This document shows, in pieces, positions 41,195 to 52,400 of a DNA stretch of 64,000 nucleotides (position 1 is its first letter; each line of letters begins with the position of its first letter). The translations under genes and the position numbers were made by a program. The notes beneath the pieces are model-generated. The model did no database searches and was not told the DNA's origin. It saw only the letters and a list, made by a program, of their open reading frames with translations. The DNA comes from Raillietiella orientalis (lineage: Eukaryota): positions 4,526,001 to 4,590,000 of the forward strand of contig JAYWIR010000001.1 in the NCBI GenBank assembly GCA_036172245.1. The letters are read 5' to 3'.

Positions 41195-43376
41195 TAATGT
41201 TTATATCTTCATAAATTTATGATATTGTCTACCTCTATGCTTCAATTATTTTTTCAAATGTGTTATTTTCAGTGAGTTTCTTACTGTGTTCCTCTGCACG
41301 CATGCAAGGTCACTCCTGTGTAGCCATTGTATATCTTATGCCCTTGGCAGGTATGTGATGCACCACGAGACCGGAAACACCGCCATTCAGAAGTTCTCAG
41401 AACTCTTGAAAGTGTAACAGGCAAACAGAATTGGAAAGTGCAGCAAATCCAACTTTACAAGTTAAGAAAGGGTTGGACGTGGAAGAACACACAACCCACG
41501 AAATGGGTCCATGTGGTAAGCGCCTGGATTTTGGGATTAATTGGTAATAAAGCAACTCGGTTGATCAAATCAACAAATCTTCGAGGTGGTCCATGTCATC
41601 GCCAAGGTGTTTCTTATCGGATAGGAATGCAGAATCACAAAGCAGCAACATCGTAGAAGACGCGAAACCTTTCTCGCGCAACATCTCGATTCCAGTGCAT
41701 CCGGTTGGCAAGGAAACGAAGAATAGAATGAGGCAAACCCAGGAAACTATCAGAGTGAATAGCTTGGTTCGCCTTTCTTATTTTGCTGTGAAATGAGCTA
41801 AAACTATTTCATGCTTCCTTACTTTAATCACCTTTCTAAAGCTTGGTCTTTTTCAAAAGTAATGACTTCTTTGTCTTTCAACGTTTGAGACAAGGCTGAG
41901 CATTTTTTTTTGAATACTTCTAACTGAGTTGATTTAAAATTGATAGAGTCTTGCAATATTTTAACTTTCGATTGTAACTTTCTTATTATTTCTTCCTTAA
42001 AAAAACAAAAAAAAGTTCAGTAGTCAATTTCGAAAACATAAGATTCACATATTTTCAAGAATTTTCCTGAAACCCTTTTACCAATGACTGTTTAGTGACA
42101 GCGTACATAGTACACGTTTTTGTGGTTTAAGCATGGAAATAAACATGGATGTACTGGAGCTCCTTTCAGACTCTGCGAGAGAAGTCTGGAAAGCAGGGTT
42201 CCTTTCCCCTCCCAGTGCCCTCGACGCAGGAAAATCCATTTTGGAGTTACGGACACGCTTTGGGGGATCGGTCATTCCTTCCATTAAGGTTATAGGTCGT
42301 CCCTAGCCGGTCAAAAAAGGACGGATTTGAATGGACGCGCTTTTCGTGTACCTCTGGCAGTGCTTTTTACGACTACGTGTTTGGAATGCTCTTCTGAAAC
42401 TGTAACTCGGTCGAGCCCACGATGCTTCTTAAGTATGCATACTTTCAACAAGAACGCATGTTTTCCACGTATGCTGCAGATTCAAGGATACATGGATGAG
42501 CTAGCAATCGGTGCAGTGCATAGAATGGAAAATTTCTTGGCTCTTTTCTAGAAGAGTATTTATCTTATTTTATTTTGTTTTATTTATTTTTTCGAGTTTT
42601 CTCAGACGAAGATGTGTGCTCCGTTCTCAAAAAACTACCCTTAATGGGTGAATGAGCCTCTGGTCGACCTTGCTTCCATGATTCACCTGGAGCGGACTCT
42701 AGAAAATGCAAATCGTCAACAGTGTGCAGAAAATGCTTGAACCCACGGTCACGACTCGGAAATCTGCACGGAAAGATTCGGAATTCGATCGGTTCACTCG
42801 ACTGACCACCTGCTTGCTTTTGTACACGAGAAGGACGCTGGATTCAAAACTCATCTGTGGGAAACGTACTCTATTTCTAAACGGAATCTCTCCGATTCTT
42901 ATCGGTTATCCGCCGAATTCCCCGGGAACGAAGTGATGCCCCAGCACTTTTATTGGGGTTTTTCTTTAAAAAAAAAATCTACTCTGGGAGGTCATTCGGT
43001 CCGCTACTGTCACACAGGAATTCAGTAATGCATTTCTTTTTAATTCAAGTATAATTTGTTGTTACCTTAGCATTTCTAACGTAGGGAAGAGGCGAAAAAA
43101 AAGGAATTTTCAGTTCCTCCCCCCCCCACCGACACACACTTACCTTGTGCTGCAGACTCCTTCTCTCTTTCTCGATGGATAAGCGGATTTTGATTTCAAG
43201 AGAATCCAACATCATCTCGAAGTTTTCATCAACATCGATAGGTCCGATGATTTTTTTCAGGTTGTCGATGAACTCCAGGAACTGAAACCAACAAAAACGG
43301 GGTTCTGATATCTGAGGGAAGCGTGCTGATGCCCTGAAGCGATCCAGGAGTGTTCGTGTTTTACCCCTCTGGCGCG

Positions 43377-43411
<35 letters not shown>

Positions 43412-46400
43412 CAAACGCGTATTACAGTGGAGTCGTTGCATCTCTTTTTCCATTCATCTCGAATACCATTTCTTTTACGAGTTGATCAGTCATTAAAAAC
43501 AACTGATGAGCTGTGGTGGGAGCGTCACACTTGCTAAGAGTTGCAGCAATTGAGAAGACCCGACCAAGTTGACTAATTGGTTCTTCATCTGAGAAAGCTG
43601 ACCACGGATCGTTCAGACCCGCTCAATCTTTTATATGAGAGCACACCGCGTGCACTTTGGGTGCTTGTCCCATCCACCCTACTCCCGCTGCCTGCGAGAT
43701 GCCGCGTGACCGATCAATGACCACTGGTCCAAGTGAAGCAGCTCTACGGAGCTTTTGGTGTTGAATTTGTTTCCTCAGGATGTTCCCCTCCCTCTGCCCT
43801 GCTTCGTAAACAGAGATGAGATTCGGTAGGTGCGAATTCTTCCCCGTTCCGCGACGGCGCCTACATCTCGTTCCCGCTGTCCCGAGGCGATCAGCCGGTT
43901 TCGAGGCTGTTTTCTGCTTAGCAGGAAGGCCGGTCCTCCTGGTTGCGTTGAGTGCTGCTGCTCCGTTTCTCGGAAAACCCTTCACCGATCTTGTTTCCAG
44001 GAGACCCTCCGAAGTCAGCTGCCTATCGCGGTCTCTATTCTGTTCTCTTCTAGTGCGTGCAATAAATGGTGTACGTGCGCGTGCGCGGGGAGTTTTCTAT
44101 TTCCACCAGTTTGTCCCGAGAGATTCCCTTTGAAAAGAAGGTCCGTCCTGAAGACTCTCGTTTCTCTCTTCCCATCTTCTTTCCTTTTAGCAAAGTCTCA
44201 GTTCTGTTCGTGATTCTTAAAGGCTGCTGCCTTCTAATAAAGAAAATCCTCCCTTTAAGGATTAAGGAAGGTGTCCTTTTCAGAAGCGCAGGCGTCAGGA
44301 TTGTTTCATTTTCCACCAGCAGATCAACAGCTTGAAGCTGAGGAGCCGCGTGAGAAGAAGAAGGGATTTTCCTGCTTTTCTTTTGACCTCTTCGCTTTCG
44401 TTTCCGATCCCCTAGAACCCCCATTCAAGAAGGGAATGCAGTCGCGGGACGGTGGACGGTTTCCTGCTACCTCTTCGGATTAAACACTCACAGAGGGGAC
44501 CCCCTCCCCAGAGATGGCTTTCGTTTCTCGTTGCTCGGCACGAGCTCGTGGCGCAAATCCTCCTCGTAGGATTCCAGAGAGTTCGGGAAACGAAGCGGGC
44601 GCCGTGTCTCCTTGAACCGAAGAGGGGGAAGACATCACAGCTGCATCTCAAGAAGGAAGAAGGAGGAAATACCTCGAAGCGGCATCAGCGGCACGTGGAG
44701 TAGAGGGAAAAATTCCAGCTGGATCCCTGAACTTGTTTTCCGGAGCGCGCGTTACGTAGGTTTCTTCTGATCGGCTACCAACATAAAAGGAGAGACTGCA
44801 CGGATTACTGCGCTGGCCACCACGTTTCGCCTCAATGAGTGGCAAACTCAAGGACGACCACCTCTGTAGGAAGAAGAGTAATCTGCCAGCTGTTCCCCTC
44901 CTCCCCTCTCCTCTCCGCACTCCACTTCTGACTGCAACTCATCCAGCTTGACAGCCCAGACACGAAAACATCACTGCGAGAAGGACAGGATCTCGTGCCC
45001 ACTTCCCGAATCTTGCGCGGATAGAGAACCCTCGGATGGTGGGTGGTTCTTCGAGTCGTTCCTGAGCCCGACGACCTTTCAAGCTCTCGAAGTTCCTTTG
45101 TTACCTGATGCTTCTTTGATTCACAAACAATCTCTCACATCTCTCTCTCTCTCTCCCTCACACACACATAGCATTGGGAAAGTTACATCATTGGCTAGGA
45201 AACGGTAGCAGCAAGGAGCTCGCTTCCCGGGGAGCGGTCGCAAAAGTGGGATAGTTCCCCAGACAACCTTTTTCCCACTAGCTTTCGCACTCCAGCAATA
45301 CGCAACAGCAACCTGACGATCCTTCCTTCAAATCTGAAGGCTCCACCTTTCACGCTCAAGAGCTGGGAAGCTCAGTGCAGCACTGCTTCATCGAGAAGCA
45401 TCCGCATCATAGGAAATCCGCAATCCTCCAGACGCTCTTCGCATGCCTGAGAACACCTGAGAGTCCTCAGATGGCATTTTCCTACACGTTATCTTTGACT
45501 AAGCTTCCTTAGCCTTGAGCGCAACGCCTACTGGCGGTGAGGATCGAATGAGCAGATGCTCGGTAGGGCAGCACGTTTTTTTGACGCACTCGATCATCGC
45601 ATGCGAGATTCCAACGCCATTACTGAAGAGTCGTGACACCGCCTGGTATCAGCCTGATCGAGGAAGCAACTCAAGGAGAATGATCTATAGAGGCCCATCA
45701 AACCGACGAATCCCGGAAGACGACTTGAAACCTCGTCCGGACCTGCTGCTCCGAAACGAAGGTCGAGTCATCGTCCTCGACGTCGCCCTCCCGTGTGAGA
45801 ACGCGGCAACAGCATGAGGAGAAGCACAGAACAGAAGAGAGGCCCACAACAGGAAGCTGTCTCCCTTGTTTCGCCGACAGAGGGACACCGGGCTTCTGTA
45901 AGAGCACTGGCGGGAGAGTCTGTGGAAGAGACGAAGGAACGGGTGCTTAGAAAACTCAAAATGCCCTGCAAAAAAAGGCAGAAGTATGAAGAAGAGGATC
46001 TTGGTTGCCCTAGCATCCGGGGTAGCCGAAACATTTACATGGACAAACATCGTGGGTCACCACAGGTCGGCACTTGAAGGCTCTATCAGCGAGCCTTATT
46101 AGGATATCGAAATGGGGCTTCTTTCCCCATTCCACATATCACCAACTATAAAACACAAACTAGCAAAAATGCTCTACTAGCAAACATACTCCACAATGAA
46201 TAAACATTTACAATCCAAAACAAATATGATACCCCATTCGAACCCACTCTGATACTACTAATCTGCTCCAACATACAACCATAATCCCAACCAATCCCGT
46301 TTTGTACATTAAAACCAAAACTTTCTACGATACCGCGAAACGTCATTTTCATTAAACTATTTTGTACAGCTATGCATAACACGGACACGTTTGCATGACC

Positions 46401-49400
46401 ACTTTCATACTCATAGCACATATAACAATAACATATGAACCCTTCGCCATCATCACTCTTCCACGAAAGCCATCAGTCCCAACATCCCTATAACCTCTCC
46501 CTACTAATGTAATCATTCCTAAAACTAACAGTATGTAAGCCACCATGCCACGTACTTAGCAATATCCCCAATTAACCCCAGTCTTAAGGGGAGACAACAT
46601 ATGGATGTTAGGGTGGAAACGAATTGACTGATTCTAGAATTTACCACGGTAGCAATTGTGACTTGAAAGATATTTGGGTGGATACACCGCGGTGTTCCGC
46701 TTTCCCTCCTGAGCCGAGCCGAGTGCACTGGGACACGCGACGTCCCAGATCCGGGCGCGAAGATGGGAGCCGACTTCCGGGAACCCCTCCCTCCACCGCG
46801 GGAAGAGGTCGTGGCATTTTCCTTTTCCCTCCTCCCAGCTCGCTCTCCTGCGTCGGCTCAGCGGTCCGCAATGGGCCGCCACCACTGCCGCCGCCTGGTC
46901 GTGCCGCCGGTGGCACGGCATCGCGCGAGGCTCTCGTCCTTTGAGGTGGCGACGCACCTCCTCCCTCCCACAGGGCTCATCCCCACTCCGAGATCATGCA
47001 GCGCGGAAGGACCCATCCACTCCCTTAAGGAAGGGAAGGCGCCGAGCTGCCCCTCCGTGGTGAGGCTGGAGACTGCGAACGGAATGGGAGCACTCCCTCG
47101 CGGTGGTACCACACGCCTGGCAGCCTCCCTCTCCTCCCGTCTCTCCACCGTGTACGGGACCTTCGCCTAGCCTCCCGGCCGTTCCTCGACCGAGCGGGAA
47201 CGTTGGTCCGCAGGTTCGAGGAGACGCCGCCGTTGGATGGAGGGGAGCGAGAGACGAGAGACGGGGAGCCGCCCTCCTCCTACGGCTCAGCTCACGACGA
47301 CGACGCTGGCACAGAAGCGCCTCGGCCACGCCCCGTGCACTCGGAGGAGCGAGGCATGGCTGAAAGGATAATGGGAATCCCTTTGGAGCTCTTCTGCTCT
47401 GCTCTCGCTGCTTTCCTCCCGGTTTCTTCTTCTTTTGGTTGGTGAGGTGCCGCCCTCCGCCCGCTTACGGGCTCTTTGACACCTCCCACGCCACCCGAAG
47501 AGGCGCGCAAGTCTTCTGGTTATGGAGGGTAACCCCGGAGGAATCATCCCTTCCTCAATCTCTCTGGAGGGACCCTCTGTGGGGGGTACCTCCATGGTTT
47601 CCAGAAAGAACCACCGGAAAAAGTCCACTCTTTTGTCCCTCCAGAACCCCGGAGGGACGCTTCCCGATTCCACTGTAGCGCTTCCCGAAGGAAGCAGCTC
47701 CATCCTGCAATACTCTGGAGTGGCAACCCTCCGAGGGGGTACCCACCAGCTCCGTGGAACGCGATAGAAGGTCCACCATGAGGGAAAGGGGAAACGTTTC
47801 CATGGTCACAAACCGAGGGGAACTTCCCCGAGGGGCTCCTTGGTTCTTTGAATGACCCCGTGGGATCAACTTCGCATTCCGGCCAGTCAACGCGGGCATC
47901 CAGTTCCACCAGTGCCGCCGCACCCTGAGCCTGTAGACCAGCTAGCGTCATCTTGCGAGGAGGACTCAAGAAACCCAGGACGCACCTTCGGCAGGTGGCC
48001 ACGTTGGTCAGGAACAACGCATGGAGTAGTGCCTGGTTGCAGGGAACCGTTCGCACGTGGGCGAGGATCCAGGAACCAAGCGCAGAACCGGTGCGACGTT
48101 TCTTATAAGGACTCAACAACAACTGCACTCTCTGGGAGATCCTGGAAAATCCTGTGAAGAGCGCGTCGACAAGCAGAGCCTCCCTGGACGCCGCGCTGCC
48201 CTCCCTTAGAGAACACATGGACGAAAGCAGCCTTACGGCTAAATGGAAGGTCTCCGTGGAGATCTCCGGCAGGAGGAGACGACTGGGAGAGTGGACGACG
48301 GGCCAGCTCACCAGCGCTGCGATCCCCATTGCTCGACCCCGTGGACTTTTGCACCGGGGCGTGCAACTGGGTATTCCGGAGGAGGAACTGCAGTGGCCCC
48401 CGTCTCTCGGCCCCATGAACACCCGCACTCTCCCCTTGAAGTGGCAGCAGTCGGCACTGATGCTGCTGCAACTTGGGGGCTCCCGTGCAACGCCCGCCGG
48501 CATCATTGAACACGGGGGAAGGGGGTGGACCCGAACTGTGCAAGATGCAGGGAGCGGGAATCCTTCCTGCACCTCCTAATGGACCACAGTCCATTAGGAG
48601 GTGCCCTCCGGTTTCTTTAGGGACGCTTTGCTGAGACCCTCGAAGCCCCCGGAGGCAACCCCAGAGACGTCTGAAAGCGCCTCTTCCGTCTGAAGACGCC
48701 CTCACGCCGGCTGCATCCCTCCCTAGCAGCAGTTTGCCTCCCGGGCGGCGGGGTCGTGGCCGCAGGGAACAATTCCAGAGGAGGCCACAATGACAGGGAC
48801 GCCATCTCTTTTGCTGTCCTCTTCATGAGGACAGCGTCAAGATGGCCCCGTCTGGGAGTCTTGAAACAGGAACTTGCCGGCATCCTTACAAGAATGCAGA
48901 GGAGACCATCCAGCACACAGTGATCCCTTCCCGAATCCCCCCATTTTTGGACTGTATGTTTTTTGTTTTATTCTTCTTCTTTTTGTTTGTATCCCCTTCC
49001 CCTGTGCTGCCGTAGCGAACCCTGCTGGTCTGATTGGCAGTTCCCCGCAGGTTCCCTCTCGTAGTTACAAGTGACGTAACAGGATCAAACGTCCTGCCAT
49101 AGACATATGTGTTTATTTTCTATAAATAAACTCCCCGGCCTGACCGGGTGTCAACCAGTGCCACACCCGCAGCCCACGACGCCTCCCCCTATTTCTCGGC
49201 GTCGATCTTTCCCCGGGCGGTACTCGAACCCGTAACTCTCGGTTCCACCTGCGCGGAGACCGCAACCACGCGCCTCGCGTTGGCAGCCTGCGTGGCTGCA
49301 GTCACTTCCCAGGACTCACAGGGAGCACCACGGAGCTATCCAGGTCATCCAGACACCTCTGTCCCTCGAAAGTGCTTTGCCGTGTTCCCTCCTCGTCTCT

Positions 49401-52400
49401 GCACCCTCCCCCGCATTCACCGTCCCGGAATAACTCGCCGAGGAGCAGACAGCAGTGGTCGACGGTTGTTGTACCTGCTTGTCGTCAAAGATGGCGCTGT
49501 TTGTTTTACTGTCAGCATCACATTCACGGGGGTGGCTTCACATCTCCTCTCCTCCACCCCTCACACTCCGAATATCCGCCATCGCTCCGGCATGGCAGGA
49601 CGAACACGCGCAGTATTCGGTATCTCTCCCACCCGTGATCCCACTCTCCTGTTCCCCTCCCACGGGACTCGTCCTTCCCCACGACTGCGTCACAACAGTT
49701 TGAAGCCCTCTATTCTCTTGCTGATTCCTCATAACCGGCTCATTCCTCTTACCTCTCAAACCCGCGCGCTCATCTCTTCCCATGCAATGATCACCCCATG
49801 GGGGCGATTACCCAGCCCTCACTCAGATCCAGCTGCATCCAAGGTGCTCTGCGGAAGGAGCGCTGCTGTTACGCGCCGCCTTGGCGCTGCTCCGCGAGCG
49901 GGAGCACCTCCAACGCGCCGAGCTGCACGATAGAAGGAAACACGAGGGACCGCAGAGGAGTCCAGAGGCGAAAGGGTAGACGACGAACGACGCAGGAACG
50001 AGGGTGCGGCCAGCAGAAGAAAGGGAAGAGGGGGGGGGAGAAACGAAAGGTTCTTCAGTTAGGAGATCCCTGTCGTCTCCGTCCCTAGCCGGTTCGGCCG
50101 TTTGCAGCCGCCTCTTTGCGCTGTTGTCCGCGCGAAACGGCGGCTGCGATCGGATGGCTCCTCCTGCCATCTCAAGGTCTTCCGTTCAACTGCAGGAGGA
50201 ACAGCCGCTTCCGACGATTTCCAGCTCCGTTGAAGCATCCATCACGCAATCGTGTGTTTGAGCCAGCTAAGATGAGATCAAAGGAGATGGTAAACGTTGC
50301 CGTGCGACCGCATCTGGCAACATCCACATTTGTTTCCGTCACGCCATCTTGTGACGGAAGAAATCCGTCGTGAGAGGTCACAAAGGACGCTTTTTCTTTG
50401 TTGTTTTTTTCCCTTCAGTAAGGGGAGAAGTGAAAGGGGAAAGTTTTCTGGATTACCCGCTAACCCATAGAAACCGATGGTGACCTCTTCCTGATCAGAG
50501 TTCCGAGGAGAAAAGCTCCACGGACGGTGGGTTCGAATTCTCTTCGTGTTCTTTTCGTTCAGAAGGTGCTTTCCTTGGTCGCGTGCCCATGACCTTAACG
50601 AAAGGTGCCTATCTTGTGGAGGACCCTGGATTCGCCGTTGGATGGACGCGTAGAAAAGAGGGTGAGGGCGCGACTGCGGAAGTGTTTCCAGGAGTGGGGG
50701 GTTGTGAGGTTTTGGTGAGGCGCCGGTAGGAGAGAGAGATCGGAGGGCGAGAGCTGCTTGCTCGATAAATCTTCCTGATTTGCGGGTGGGGCGGAATGCA
50801 CAGCAGGGACAGTGGAAGCACTCCTGAGAGATGAGGTAGGCTGTAGGCTGCTGGGTTTTCATTTTTTTTTTGATTCGCTGAATAGCTCAAGAGCCGTCGC
50901 GCGCCTGGCGGCTCACTGAGCTCTTTGACGCTGTTCGACACCACCCGAGAGTGCTTGTGATTCTTCAAGATAGAGGGTATCTCGGGAGGGGACCGCCCTA
51001 CGAATCCAAGAAGGGCTCCGGAGAAGAGAGTCCGTTCCTCTCACTCCTGGGGAGGAATACCCAGAGGGAAACCTCCACACTGGTTGTCTCCAAAGGAACC
51101 CTGAAGGGAATCTCCTTCCTTGTTCTCTCCGGAGGAACCCCCGAAGTGGTCCACTCCATTTTTTCTTCTCCGAAGGGAACCCAGAAATGATCCGCTATTA
51201 GGACTTTCTTCTCTTGAGGAGGGACCTTTCGCAAGGGGTTCTCTCCTGGTTTCCTCCCCTGAAGAGAACCTCGAAGGCACGCTTCCGAAATTTCTTTGAA
51301 GGGCGCTCCCCGAAAGGAACGACTCGCTTCTCTGCACTCTCTGGAGAGGTATCACACCAGCTCCATGTACGAGACAGAAGGTCCCCCTTGAAAGGGGAGA
51401 TCCGCTCCTGTGCATAACCGGAGAGGAACCCCCACTCCTTGATTCTGTTTCCTTGGAGGACCCGGAGGTCGACCCCCAATGCCCCGGACCTCATCGGGAG
51501 CACCAGTTTTAACCGCTACCAGTGCTGCACCCAAATGTATAGAGGCCACTCAGCGTCATCTTGCAGGAGGAATTCGAAACCACAACGCACCCTCCATTTC
51601 CCGGCGTCGATTCTTGCCGAGTATTCGAACCTGCGACGCTTAGTGTCACGCGCGGAGACCGCAACCACTTGGCCTCCGACTCAGTCTGCTGGACGGGATC
51701 GGCAAGGGTGGGGCTCCCGCTGCGACGGCAATGGGGATTAAAGCCCGGGGAGAGCTTTGCGTTTCCGGGAAGAGATGGAAGAACGAGCGATCGCCGTGCA
51801 ATGCAGGAACTCGGTTGACTGGATGTTTCGATGTGGCGCTTGCTCTCGAACAGGAACCGGATTGGCGGTTTCTTCAAAGAGGAATCCAAAGAGACGTGCG
51901 CAGCATCGGCACAACCTTGAACCAAATCTCTAGTTCGAACTCAGCTGAGACTCTCAGCGTGTCGGGCAAGAGGTCGCAAGGTGGGCAAACCCTGACGCCA
52001 ATCCCAGAACCAGAACGAAACGCGCGGAGGTCAGGAGGCGACCCGCAAGCTCTGACCGTGTTCTTCCCGACTGCCTCGCGCGGTGCTGAGCGACGGGGGA
52101 AGAGCTGGGACGAGCGAGAAGAGAGACACACACGCGGCGAATTCTGGTCGGACTGTCCGCATCCAATCCCCGGAGGTGCAGCTCGTACCTTGCCGTGGTC
52201 GGCGGCCAGCCTCTCCATCGATTTCCTTCGCGAGGCCATCTCCGCCTGGTTCATCTTGACCGTCTCCCTCAGACGCTCGTTGTCCTCCTTAAGCTGGCAG
52301 TTCAGCATCTTCAGCTCGTTCTGTTCCGAGTCCGCGATCTTCGCCTCCAGGCTCAGTGAGTGGCACTTCTGGACCATGTTGTCGTGCTTCTGCAAGAGGA

